A stretch of DNA of 64,000 nt from Leptolyngbyaceae cyanobacterium (GTDB taxonomy: Bacteria > Cyanobacteriota > Cyanobacteriia > Phormidesmidales > Phormidesmidaceae): NCBI GenBank assembly GCA_965263355.1, contig CBDHHL010000056.1:512001-576000 (forward strand), read 5' to 3'. The first letter of the stretch is position 1. Each line of letters begins with the position of its first letter. This document shows positions 49,139-59,223 of this stretch, one piece after another. The translations under genes were made by a program, and so were the position numbers. The notes beneath the pieces were generated by a model. It had not been told where the DNA came from, did no database searches, and was given only the letters and a program-made list of their open reading frames with translations.

Positions 49139-49254
49139 GATATTACCTATACCTAAGAAAGTAAACGTAATTGTTCAACTGAATACAATCCCCCAAGACT
49201 TAATAGCGTCTAGCGTTACAAACCATCACCCACCGCCGGACGGCATCTAATAAC

Positions 49255-49320
49255 ATCCTAAGTAAATTAACCGATATAATAAATGGTCAAAAATGCCAAT
49301 TTTTAGGGTCAAAAATGGAC
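49255..49320 (-). promoter_or_regulatory. Conserved promoter/operator motif, copy 1
   Basis: CCGATATAATAAATGGTCAAAAATG...TTTAGGGTCAAAAATGGAC, with minus-strand -10 candidate TAGGAT. Confidence 0.7.
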
Positions 49321-49594
49321 TGCCGTTTTACCATAGGTATTCGCTAGCTTTCTTCCCAAAAACAGTTATCTCAAAGAACTCGATACAGGCTCGTTGTCAA
49401 TAAAATGTTGTCAATAAAATAAAGATAAAGAATCCATGACTGACTAGGGAAGCTTGAAGTGACAATGATCAATAAGAACTCCATCGACTGTTGTTACGAG
49501 TTTTTACTTTAGACAGAGAATCTTTACACCTTAATCTGAAGCTAAACTGGTTGGCTACACAATTTTGATTGTTCAAAGGGAATAGGAGCCTACA

Positions 49595-51208
49595 GTGAAT
49601 CCAATTCAGATCGCTACCTGGGATGAGGTGCCCGATCGTCAGCCGATGGCTGCGATCGCAGAGGGCGTTGATCTCGTCATTGTGCGTTGGGACGATAATG
49701 TTTCTGTTCTTTATGGTCGCTGTCAGCATCGCGGTGCCCTGATGGCCGATGGCTATATTGAAGGCGACAATATTATCTGCGGTGTTCACCAGTGGGACTA
49801 TCGCTTTGACAGCGGCGTCAGCGCCTATAGCAACGACGAATATTTAGATAAGTTCCATGCCTGGGTAGAGGACGATGGCGTATTTGTGGATGCCGCTGAA
49901 ATCATTGCCTGGAAGGAAGACCATCCCCAGCCCTATGATCGCGATGCCTACCAGGGAGCCTATGCCGATATCCATGGCACCATAGAAGAACCCCACACTA
50001 AACTCATTCACGAACTAGCCGCCAATGGCCTAAGTAAAACCGGACACCACGGCCCGGTAGCCGCCATGGGTGTTCCAGGTCCAGAATTGCCCCGTTGGGA
50101 GAATCTACAGTTTGTCACTGCACAGCTGGCCCGATTGCCCCAGTTAGAAGAGATTCCCGTGGCAACAGAGCTGGTGATTGGTCCCCGAGCCAAGCAGCCC
50201 CTCAAGTTAGACATGCCCATTTTTGTTTCAGACATGAGCTTTGGAGCCCTATCAGAAGAGGCTAAGATCGCCCTGGCTAAAGGTGCAGAATTAGCGGGCA
50301 CTGGCATCTGTTCTGGTGAGGGGGGCATGCTACCAGAGGAACAAGGTAACAACAGCCGCTACTTTTACGAATTAGCCTCTGCCCGATTTGGGTTTTCCTT
50401 GGAGAAACTGACACAGGTGCAGGCATTCCACTTTAAGTGTGGTCAGGGGGCTAAGACCGGCACAGGAGGACACCTGCCTGGCCATAAGGTAAAAGGCAAA
50501 ATTGCAGAAGTGCGGGGCCTGAAGGAAGGAGAACCTGCCGTTTCTCCACCTCGTTTTCCTGACTGGGAATCTGTTGAGGATTTTCGCAACTTTGCCGCAA
50601 CAGTGCGGGATATAACAGGCGGTATTCCTATCGGGGTCAAACTATCTGCACAACACATTGAGCAAGATATTGAAGCCGCTCTCCGCATTGGAGTGGATTA
50701 TATTATCTTGGATGGTCGTGGGGGTGGTACCGGTGCGGCTCCGCTGATCTTCCGAGATAACATTTCCGTGCCAACAATTCCAGCCCTGGCACGGGCAAGA
50801 AAATATTTGGATCAGCGCGGTGCCAGTCACGTCACCCTGATTATTACCGGCGGCCTCCGCACCCCTGCAGACTTTACCAAGGCCCTGGCCCTGGGTGCAG
50901 ACGGTATTGCTGTATCCAATGCGGCGATTCAGGCCATTGGCTGTTTGGGCATGCGGGCCTGTCACACCAACAATTGTCCGGTGGGCATTGCTACCCAGAA
51001 AGAGAATTTGCGATCGCGCCTGATCATCGACGATGCGGCCCTACGGCTGCAGCGATTCTTCAATGCCTCGGTGGAACTTATGCAGGTACTTGCCCGTGCC
51101 TGTGGTCATACCCATCTCAATCAGTTTTGTCAGGATGACTTAACCACCTGGGATCGAGAAATGGCCTACCTTGCAGGTGTTAACTATGCCGGTGTGACGC
51201 CATTGTAA
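49595..51208 (+). CDS. Rieske [2Fe-2S] domain fused to an FMN-binding glutamate synthase-like domain
   Basis: CQH...CGVH Rieske ligands, MSFGALS, SGEGG, GQGAK, DGRGGGTGAAP and the [3Fe-4S] motif CLGMRACHTNNC. Confidence 0.88.
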   Translation: MNPIQIATWDEVPDRQPMAAIAEGVDLVIVRWDDNVSVLYGRCQHRGALMADGYIEGDNIICGVHQWDYRFDSGVSAYSNDEYLDKFHAWVEDDGVFVDAAEIIAWKEDHPQPYDRDAYQGAYADIHGTIEEPHTKLIHELAANGLSKTGHHGPVAAMGVPGPELPRWENLQFVTAQLARLPQLEEIPVATELVIGPRAKQPLKLDMPIFVSDMSFGALSEEAKIALAKGAELAGTGICSGEGGMLPEEQGNNSRYFYELASARFGFSLEKLTQVQAFHFKCGQGAKTGTGGHLPGHKVKGKIAEVRGLKEGEPAVSPPRFPDWESVEDFRNFAATVRDITGGIPIGVKLSAQHIEQDIEAALRIGVDYIILDGRGGGTGAAPLIFRDNISVPTIPALARARKYLDQRGASHVTLIITGGLRTPADFTKALALGADGIAVSNAAIQAIGCLGMRACHTNNCPVGIATQKENLRSRLIIDDAALRLQRFFNASVELMQVLARACGHTHLNQFCQDDLTTWDREMAYLAGVNYAGVTPL

Positions 51209-51259
51209 CTAGACTCGAATTAATTATTATCCCCCCGCTGTCTAATCAGGAGAACGTTT

Positions 51260-53212
51260 ATGTCCATCGCATCCCAATGGTTTAAGGTACTCGATTTAGA
51301 TGAACTGCCTGAAGGTCGTGTTAAAACCGTGACTGTGGGGCATAAAAGTCTCGCCATGACCCATTACGACGGGCAGTATGGCGCTCTGGATAATCGCTGT
51401 CCCCACCAGGGGGGACCGTTAGGGGAAGGTTCCATTGAAAATGGTTATCTGCGCTGTCCCTGGCACGGGTGGGACTATTGCCCTCTCACCGGTCAACCCC
51501 CCGGCGATCTGGACGTAGATGACGCCCTGGAAACATTTCCCGTGGAGGTCCGCACCGACGGTATATATGTCGGCATAGCAGACGAACAGGTCCACAGTCG
51601 CACCGTCACCGATGTCATGGCGGAAACCCTGGTGAACTGGGGGGTTACCCATGTGTTTGGCATGGTGGGCCACTCCAATCTGGGGCTGGCCGATGCCCTG
51701 CGTCGCCAGGAAGAACAGGGCAAACTCACCTTTATCGGCATTCGCCACGAAGGAGCTGGGGCCTTTGCCGCATCTGCCTATGCCAAACTCACCGGACGGC
51801 CCGCTGGGTGTCTTACCATTGCCGGTCCTGGAGCCACTAACCTACTGACCGGCCTGTGGGATGCCAAGGTGGATCGCGCTCCCATATTGGCCCTGACGGG
51901 ACAGGTCAGCACTCAGGTATTGGGCACTGGCAACTTCCAGGAATGCGATTTGTCTGCCGCCTTTAGTGGAGTCGCGGCCTGGAGCCAGACGGTACTCAGC
52001 CACAGCAAGCACGCAGAACTAATGACCCAGGCAGTCAAACATGCCCTGCTACAGCGGGATGTAGCCCACCTGATTTTCCCGGACGAAATCCAAACAGAAC
52101 CCGCTGCTCCGGAAGCCACTGCCTCTAGCCCCACAGGCAGACTTACTCCGTTGCAGATTGCACCGCCGCCTGACTCCCTGGCCCAGGCAATTGAGCAACT
52201 CAACGCGGCAAAACGCCCCGTCATTATCGTTGGCCACGGTGCCCGGTTCACCATGGAGCCTATCATTGCCCTGGCGGAAATGCTCAACGCTCCTGTGTTG
52301 ACCACCTTCAAAGGTAAGGGGCAAATCTCCGACCATCATCCCCTGGGCTGTGGCGTATTGGGACGCAGCGGCACCCCCATCGCCTCCTGGTTTATGAATG
52401 AGTCGGATCTGTTGTTGGTCTTTGGGGCCTCTTTCTCTAATCACACTGGCATTTATCCTGGTATGCCCATTATTCAGGTGGACTTTGACCCGCTGGCATT
52501 GGGCAAGTTCCATCCAGTGACGGTGCCCGTATGGGGAGAGATTAGTATTGTGGTGGAACAGCTCCGTTCTGCGCTGGCAGACGTTACCAACACAGAAGAC
52601 CAGCGATCTGAAATTGCAGAACGCTGGGCTATCTGGAGAGAAGAAAAGAAACGTCGGGAAGACGACGATCGCGGCAATGGCATCAACTCCGCTGCAATTT
52701 TTGCGGCCATGACTCGTCAGGTGCCTGCCAATGCGGTGATTTCAGTGGATGTGGGCAACAATACCTATTCCTTTGGTCGCTATTTTGAATGTGAGGCCCA
52801 GTCAGTCTTAATGTCAGGCTATTTAGGCTCCATTGGTTTTGGTTTTCCAGGGGCTATGGGTGCCTGGGCAGCGGCTGGTCATGAGCGGCCCATTGTTTCT
52901 GTGTCTGGAGATGGTGGCTTTGGCCAGTATATGGGCGAGTTTACTACGGCAGTGAAGTATGGCATGAATATTACCCACATTCTGTTGAATAATAGTGAGC
53001 TGGGTAAGATTAGTAAGGAACAACGGGCCGGGGAATGGGATGTCTGGCAAACGTCTTTGCATAACCCTAGCTTTGCTGAGTTTGCCGAGATTTGTGGCGG
53101 TAAAGGAATTCGAGTAACTGAGAAGTCGGCGTTAGATGAGGCGATTTCTGAGGCGTTGGCCTATGATGGGCCTGCCATTGTTGAAGTGGTGGCGGATGTA
53201 AATCTGATTTAG
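51260..53212 (+). CDS. Rieske domain fused to a thiamine-diphosphate enzyme (pyruvate oxidase-like)
   Basis: CPH...CPWH Rieske ligands, RHEGAGAF, GPGATN and the GDGG...NN ThDP motif. Confidence 0.88.
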   Translation: MSIASQWFKVLDLDELPEGRVKTVTVGHKSLAMTHYDGQYGALDNRCPHQGGPLGEGSIENGYLRCPWHGWDYCPLTGQPPGDLDVDDALETFPVEVRTDGIYVGIADEQVHSRTVTDVMAETLVNWGVTHVFGMVGHSNLGLADALRRQEEQGKLTFIGIRHEGAGAFAASAYAKLTGRPAGCLTIAGPGATNLLTGLWDAKVDRAPILALTGQVSTQVLGTGNFQECDLSAAFSGVAAWSQTVLSHSKHAELMTQAVKHALLQRDVAHLIFPDEIQTEPAAPEATASSPTGRLTPLQIAPPPDSLAQAIEQLNAAKRPVIIVGHGARFTMEPIIALAEMLNAPVLTTFKGKGQISDHHPLGCGVLGRSGTPIASWFMNESDLLLVFGASFSNHTGIYPGMPIIQVDFDPLALGKFHPVTVPVWGEISIVVEQLRSALADVTNTEDQRSEIAERWAIWREEKKRREDDDRGNGINSAAIFAAMTRQVPANAVISVDVGNNTYSFGRYFECEAQSVLMSGYLGSIGFGFPGAMGAWAAAGHERPIVSVSGDGGFGQYMGEFTTAVKYGMNITHILLNNSELGKISKEQRAGEWDVWQTSLHNPSFAEFAEICGGKGIRVTEKSALDEAISEALAYDGPAIVEVVADVNLI

Positions 53213-53376
53213 AGAATTCTAGGAGGAGTTCAGGTCGACTTACTAGCTATCCAATAGGCTGTCAATCTTCATCGACGGCAGCCCTAGAGGGTGAGAGCCT
53301 AGCTATAAGTAGTACGGTACTTTGATGCTTACCAACATCAGTTATACCTGTCAATCAAAAAAGGGCTCTATTTGCA

Positions 53377-54153
53377 TTAAGACTCACCATAGTCATGGTC
53401 TGGATGGTTGCTGGCTCCAGCTTTCCAATACCCTCGCGAAACTAGTCGTTTTTTGCTAATGCCCTGTTGGTTTAGCAAATAAGCCCGCATCTGCCGCATG
53501 GCATTGGCTTCACAGGCAATCCACCAAAAGACATCATCACTATCTTTCACTCGGGTTAACGCCTCAGGTAAGTAGTTCTCTAGGAGCATGCCTGGTCTGG
53601 CCGCTTGTTCCTGGCGAAATAGCCATGTGGGTTCCACATCAACAGAGGAACTAAGCGATCGCAACTCACTCGCATCTTCGACTTCACAAATCACGATGGG
53701 GGTACAGCCCGCTGGTAGTGCCTCCAGCACCGTGCCTGCTGCCGGGATGGCAGACTCATCCACCAGCATCACCATAGTTTTCAAACTCGCTGGAATATCC
53801 ATGCCACCGCCCGGTCCCGCGACTGTTAAGGGGGCACCCACCTGAGCCTGGCTTGCCCAAGTGGAGGCCAGGCCATTACCGTGGAGCACAAATTCCACCG
53901 TTAGCTCGTTGGTATCAGGGTTAAAAGATCGGGGAGTGTATGTACGCATTTGCGATCGCATTTTCTTGGGGTCAGCAGCTCCGTTAGTATCAGCACCAAA
54001 CAACAGTTTGATATGTGCCCCCGGACGGGAAACGGAAAAACCTGCCAGGGTTTCACCGCTAAAAACGATCCGTCGCACCCGAGGGGTGACTTGCTCAATG
54101 GTTTGAACAGTCACCTGTCGCATTGGCGGACGACGTCTGAGCTTAGAGAGCAT
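53377..54153 (-). CDS. Siderophore-interacting protein (ViuB/YqjH-like)
   Basis: RTYTPR, EFVLHG.G.AS.WA, DESAIPA and GYWK motifs. Confidence 0.9.
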   Translation of the reverse strand: MLSKLRRRPPMRQVTVQTIEQVTPRVRRIVFSGETLAGFSVSRPGAHIKLLFGADTNGAADPKKMRSQMRTYTPRSFNPDTNELTVEFVLHGNGLASTWASQAQVGAPLTVAGPGGGMDIPASLKTMVMLVDESAIPAAGTVLEALPAGCTPIVICEVEDASELRSLSSSVDVEPTWLFRQEQAARPGMLLENYLPEALTRVKDSDDVFWWIACEANAMRQMRAYLLNQQGISKKRLVSRGYWKAGASNHPDHDYGES

Positions 54154-54325
54154 ACTTTTGTTTTGTAAATTGACAGTTGAAATGAATAAAAAACTTTTCA
54201 GTCACTTGATGATGGTGTTGATTTGTCAACACTCTTGTGTGGTCGGCATTTTTGGGACTCTACATTGTCATAACGTTAGCGACCATTTCGGCTGCCACAA
54301 TGGTTGGCGTGTTCCCACTCATCCC

Positions 54326-55153
54326 TTAGGGGTTGCTAGCTTTCATAACGTCACTACCAAAGCCAAACTTGCCGTTTTCATTTTTCCATTGATCGCGAGG
54401 TAGAAGTGTTTCAAGAATGTCCCAATGTTCGACAATAAGTCCATCTTGGATCCGGAAGAGATCATAGTAAATGGTAGGCTTGCCCATCATCTCTCCTTGG
54501 GAGAGCGCTAATACAAAATTACCCTCTCCAAAAATCGCACCATCTTTGGAGAGAACCATTGGTGTGCCAGCGTTAGCCATAGCGGTCATACCATTCATCA
54601 AAGTCTCCAACCCATCATCAACTAATGGATTATGTTGGGCAAACTCCTTAAGAGAGAAGAAGTTTGGGAGTTTATCTATGTTCCCTTCTTGGGAAAGCAC
54701 TTCTGCATATAAGCGCTTAACTAAATTTTTGTTCTCCTCGGTTTTATTGAGATCTACGATTTCAGTGGGTCCATCGATCATGCTACGGCCCGATACCGTT
54801 TCGGTTACCGTGGTTTGCAGGTTATCCCAATGCTCTACAACCAAGCCATCTTCGAAACGAAATATATCAAAACCGATTTTCGGCCCAAAAAAGTCATACT
54901 CCGTATGGGTAATGACATAATTTCCGTCTTGGAAGGCGCGAACCACATTTGCCGAGAATCCTTGGGGAGGAGCGTTCTTTATGATTTCAGCAAATCCAGC
55001 CAAACCGTCGGCTACCGCCAAATTGTGTTGAATATATTTGTTGGGATTGATGTAAGTAATGGGGCCTTGATCACCAGTATTGAGGCTGTTTAAGAGAGCC
55101 AAAACCTTTTCCTTCGGTGTTAGTGATTCCATTTCAGACACAGATTGTTTCAT
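54326..55153 (-). CDS. Tandem SnoaL/NTF2-like protein
   Basis: Two repeats of QHN...DG and D.FR..DG..VEHWD. Confidence 0.88.
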   Translation of the reverse strand: MKQSVSEMESLTPKEKVLALLNSLNTGDQGPITYINPNKYIQHNLAVADGLAGFAEIIKNAPPQGFSANVVRAFQDGNYVITHTEYDFFGPKIGFDIFRFEDGLVVEHWDNLQTTVTETVSGRSMIDGPTEIVDLNKTEENKNLVKRLYAEVLSQEGNIDKLPNFFSLKEFAQHNPLVDDGLETLMNGMTAMANAGTPMVLSKDGAIFGEGNFVLALSQGEMMGKPTIYYDLFRIQDGLIVEHWDILETLLPRDQWKNENGKFGFGSDVMKASNP

Positions 55154-55183
55154 TTAGATCTAAGGTGTTGCTTTAATAGCCAT

Positions 55184-55256
55184 CATAAATAAACAGACCG
55201 ATATAATAAATGGTCAAAAATGATAATGTTTAGGATTAAAAATGGACACACTGTCC
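55184..55256 (-). promoter_or_regulatory. Conserved promoter/operator motif, copy 2
   Basis: CCGATATAATAAATGGTCAAAAATG...TTTAGGATTAAAAATGGACACACTGTCC, with minus-strand -10 candidate TATGAT. Confidence 0.7.
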
Positions 55257-55328
55257 TTTGGTAAGTGATTTGAAGAAGGGGCAGGCTCCAAACATATAGG
55301 GCATCAATTGGGAGCCGATGGCCTAGTA

Positions 55329-56661
55329 TTACCTCGATATTTCCAAGTTACCGCTGCGGATATGTAAATCCCTCTGTGGGTAGGGCATTTCAATTCCATG
55401 ATCGGCGAAAGCTTGCCAGACCGCACAAATCAGTTCACTGGTTACCACCTTAAAAATCAACGGATCGGCAATACAAAATTTCAACTCATAATCAATACTA
55501 GAGTCACCAAAATTAAGAGCAAACGCGGATGGAGGTGGCGTTTCTAGGACCTGGGGATGTTCATGGGCAACGGATAACAGTACCTCAATTACTTTAGGGG
55601 GACTGCAATCGTAATGAGCCCCTACCACCAATGAAAGAAACACGAGATTATTGCTGCCGGTCAAGGTGGAAACATTTTGAGTGAAAAAGATCTGATTCGG
55701 GATAATTTCCTCAGAGTTATCTTTGACCACTTGCACTGTCGTCGCCCGCACACCTAATCGAACTACCTTGCTAATATCGCCATCAATTTTGATAATGTCT
55801 CCTGGTTTTAAGGCGCCTTCAAACAATAACCAGATACCACTGACAAAATTGCTAATAACCTCTTTAAGGCCAAAGCCTAACCCGACTGAGAGTCCCCCAG
55901 AAATTGCAGCCACAGCGGTTGGGCTGACACCCACATAGCCAAAAATTAAGACCGTCCCTAATGCAATCAGAAAATATCGCAGGATCAATGACACTACTTG
56001 CCTGATTCTAGAATTTTGAAACCCTTGATTTTGAAAAATCGTTAACAGTAGATTTTCAAATAGAAATACCCCAATATTCCAGAAATACAGCCCTAAAATA
56101 CTGATGAATAAGGCTTTTAAGAGAACGGAAAAGATTTAGCACATTAACATGGGCAAGCTGTCGTAGATTAAAGAACCAACTAAGAAGACGGCAGACCGCA
56201 TAGAGGCAAAAGAGTGGCCCCAAAAACAGAAGACGGACACGTTTGACAAAGGTAATGGGTAAAAATGTAAAAAGCGATCCGACAAAGAGGCGATAAAGCC
56301 AAAAATCCCCTATAATGTTCAGGCCATCGGTTAAATATCCTGCAAACCAGCCCCATTGTTTAAACAACAGGGTGACGATGCCAACGGCAATCCAAATCAA
56401 TGTCGGAGTGGTTAAATAATGAATTAGAGCAAGACTATATTGTCTCCACTCCAGTCGTTGATTACAGGTTTCGTCTACGTTGAGCTGAGGATAACGTTGC
56501 CTGAGTTGCAACCAAATCCATCGAGATATGGCCCAAGCCAACAATGTCGTGCTCACAACTGCAAAAAATTGGCGTTGGACGACGGGACGCTGGAAAAAAA
56601 TACTGACTTTGAGTAATTCATTCCAAAGATAACTGAGGGGTAGGCTTGTTGAATCGGTCAT
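55329..56661 (-). pseudogene. MscS-family mechanosensitive channel split into two ORFs (56056-56661 and 55329-55994)
   Basis: C-part has GLGFGL..VISNFVSG, IIPN, FGDSS and PYPQRDLH. N-part is a TM region. An AT-rich ~125-bp stretch (~55995-56120) interrupts them. Confidence 0.75.
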
Positions 56662-56671
56662 TGTTTCCTAG

Positions 56672-57982
56672 TTACTCCTCCAAGCCAAATTCTTGTTGAA
56701 CAATCGCTTTGATTTCGGTTTCCGCCCTATTCGGGCTGAGTTCTCCAGCTAAAACTTGTTGATATAGGACATTGCCACGCTCCACCACCGCCTCAGTCTG
56801 TTCCATTGCATCCAATGCAATCGCTAAGGCATTATTAGATTGCTCTTGCAATGTTGCACGAATCGGAAATAATTGTGGGTTAATCGTGACCAGCTTGTTG
56901 CTAGGGATAAACGGAATAGCAGCTTCGATTCTCTTTTGCTGTTCTGTATTGGTTAGAAACTGAGCCAGTCTAAGGGCTAATTGGTATTGTTTAGAGCTAG
57001 AAGCTTGATTGAATACAATAATTCCCGTCTCCAGGATGGGACTGGCCGGTTGATTGGGCCGCCCCGGCAGCAGAGTCACCCCGAGTTTTTTTTTATCAAG
57101 GATTCGACTAAAGTCTGGGAGCCAATCTGAACGGCATCCGAGATAGGCCAATTGCCCGTTTAGAAAGGCCTGCCGCAGCGCTGCCGTATCGTCACTCAGA
57201 ATAAAATTAGGTTCATTTTGGGCGTCTTTAAGCCACCGTAACCATTGGGCCCAGGCTCGCCATTGCTGGGCATTAACGGTATCTTGGTTCTCAACCGATG
57301 TCTCGCCAAAGCTGCCGATACCCCAATAGGTTTCGAGAAAACCAGACATAAGACCCACGGAGTAGCCTTGTTGAGCCTGTTGAATCAGATCTGATAGGGT
57401 ATTGGGGAGAGTTTTAACTTTAGTTTTGTTGTAGCAAAGGACTTGGGTCGTCAGGAACAACGGTAAGCCATAGGGTTTGCCTTGATAATAAACATTCTTC
57501 AGGGCTTCGGTGCGAAACTGAAAGGCTTTAAGGTCTGTTTCGTCCACCGTCCTGAGGAGTCCAGCTTCAATGACGTCAATCAGTTCAGGATTGGCACGTA
57601 CACTTAAGAGGTCAGGGCCAGCACCTCGCTGAATTTGGGCTTGTAGGGGCGCTTGGATCTGTCTAAATGGAAAGGTTTCAACAAAGATCTTAACTTGAGG
57701 ATATAGCTTATTAAAGTCTTCAAGATTGGATCGAACCACCTGTTGAATACTTCCCTCTTGACTTTCTGCTCCCGTCGATGGCAGTTCGACCCACAGCAAA
57801 ATTTGGCCTTGAAGGGACTCCTTTTGGTCGGTCTCAGGTTGAAGTTGTAGCTGCGATGAACAGGCGGTGATAAAAAACAGACCAATCGAGAGCAGCACAA
57901 CGCAGGCTATCCGAACGGTTGACAGGGGTATTATTTTCTTAAACAGTGGGAGACTCAAAGTGCGATCAGGTAGTCGAGACAT
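56672..57982 (-). CDS. Extracellular solute-binding lipoprotein (sugar-binding family 1-like)
   Basis: Lipobox ITAC, plus GPDL, YGLP and LCYNK motifs. Lies 10 bp upstream of the MscS gene. Confidence 0.82.
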   Translation of the reverse strand: MSRLPDRTLSLPLFKKIIPLSTVRIACVVLLSIGLFFITACSSQLQLQPETDQKESLQGQILLWVELPSTGAESQEGSIQQVVRSNLEDFNKLYPQVKIFVETFPFRQIQAPLQAQIQRGAGPDLLSVRANPELIDVIEAGLLRTVDETDLKAFQFRTEALKNVYYQGKPYGLPLFLTTQVLCYNKTKVKTLPNTLSDLIQQAQQGYSVGLMSGFLETYWGIGSFGETSVENQDTVNAQQWRAWAQWLRWLKDAQNEPNFILSDDTAALRQAFLNGQLAYLGCRSDWLPDFSRILDKKKLGVTLLPGRPNQPASPILETGIIVFNQASSSKQYQLALRLAQFLTNTEQQKRIEAAIPFIPSNKLVTINPQLFPIRATLQEQSNNALAIALDAMEQTEAVVERGNVLYQQVLAGELSPNRAETEIKAIVQQEFGLEE

Positions 57983-58047
57983 GCTACCTTACCATTGCGA
58001 TCGCTCCCAGTTTCTTGATTATTGCAGTTATTTCAGATTTAGCCGCC

Positions 58048-58120
58048 AGCATAATCAGCCAGTCGATATAATAAATAGTCATAATCATGACGTTTAGGGT
58101 CAAAAATGGACACACTGTCC
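58048..58120 (-). promoter_or_regulatory. Conserved promoter/operator motif, copy 3, overlapping the AraC start
   Basis: CGATATAATAAATAGTCATAATC...TTTAGGGTCAAAAATGGACACACTGTCC, with minus-strand -10 candidate TATGCT. Confidence 0.7.
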
Positions 58121-58993
58121 CTTGCCAATGTGAAATGGTCATCTGCGGTCAACAGTCACTTTGAAGTGGTGCGATTAGAGAGACTAGAGACTTTAAACCA
58201 GCGAGGGCTGCCTGATGATCACGATCCCTGGCAGCCACACCGTCTTCACTTCCATGCTTTAATTTTGTTTACCCAGGGGCAGGGCACCCACGGCATTGAT
58301 TTTAGTGATTACTCCGTCAAGGCAGGGACATTGATTCACATTTGTGCCAATCAAATACATCATTTTGGCCATAGCCAGGGATTAGAGGCCTTTATGGTCG
58401 TGTTTTTGCCTGCTGCCTTGCCGACCAATTTATTAGGACTATCCACCAGTATTTCCAGTCCCGTATCCTGGTCTACCATTCAATATATTTGGCCCTCTGT
58501 CACATCGCTTAAGTTGAGACAAGCCCATCTGCTCCAACAACACATTGAACTTTTGGAAACGTATCAAACAACAGCCTCCGGTCAGCAACCCGCTGCGCAG
58601 TATCTGTTATGGTCCATAATTTCCTTCGCATCTCAGGCGGCAGTAGAGGCTGAAAAGCATCACTCGGGCAAGACGATAGATCCACGGTTTCTAGAATTTG
58701 TTGAGTTGCTAGAGCAATCGTTTGAGTCCTGTCGCAATGTGAAATGGTATGCGGCACAAATGAACTGCTCGGCAAGAACGCTTTATCGCATCTGTATGGC
58801 AGCGGTTGGTAAATCGCCTAAGGCAATTACGAACGAGCGGGTGGTGGTTGAAGCCCAACGTCGCTTACTGTTTGGTAATAAAACGGTTAAAGAGGTGGGA
58901 TATTCATTAGGTTTTGAAGAGACTACTAATTTTATTAAATTCTTCAGACACCTTGTTGGTCAGAATCCCGATGAGTTTCGTAAGACAGTCTAA
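58106..58993 (+). CDS. AraC-family transcriptional regulator
   Basis: Cupin PHRLHFH...G.G.H.IDF, and C-terminal HTHs V..YA......RTL, KEVGYSLGFEE.TNF.KFF...G..P..FR. Confidence 0.92.
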   Translation: MDTLSLANVKWSSAVNSHFEVVRLERLETLNQRGLPDDHDPWQPHRLHFHALILFTQGQGTHGIDFSDYSVKAGTLIHICANQIHHFGHSQGLEAFMVVFLPAALPTNLLGLSTSISSPVSWSTIQYIWPSVTSLKLRQAHLLQQHIELLETYQTTASGQQPAAQYLLWSIISFASQAAVEAEKHHSGKTIDPRFLEFVELLEQSFESCRNVKWYAAQMNCSARTLYRICMAAVGKSPKAITNERVVVEAQRRLLFGNKTVKEVGYSLGFEETTNFIKFFRHLVGQNPDEFRKTV

Positions 58994-59005
58994 GTTGTAC
59001 AACCA

Positions 59006-59130
59006 GGTATCAACGCAAAGGGGGATGATTTCCTCAATAATTTAGAATTCGGAGTACTCTACAAGAAGGGCAAAGCCCTACGGAATACACCCTTTCCGAA
59101 TGCCGAAACGTCCTGACTCAAGTTGATACC
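59006..59130. mobile_element. MITE-like element of the same family as 17229-17367
   Basis: Ends GGTATCAACGCAAAGGGGGA and TCCTGACTCAAGTTGATACC. No clear TSD. Confidence 0.55.
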
Positions 59131-59223
59131 CGTCCCAGACGATATATTGCAGACCTCCATATTGGCTTGCATCTACTCAGCAAGAACTCTATAGTCTTGT
59201 CAACGTACTATGCGGAGGCAGTA

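Noticed and set aside
49393..49420. 14-bp tandem repeat GTTGTCAATAAAAT x2 upstream of the Rieske operon
   Set aside because: Real, but only two copies. It cannot be distinguished from a neutral slippage duplication.
49255..58120. CRISPR array or IS ends as explanation for the repeated 50-bp motif
   Set aside because: Copies are kilobases apart with no spacers or TSDs, and each sits upstream of a gene start.
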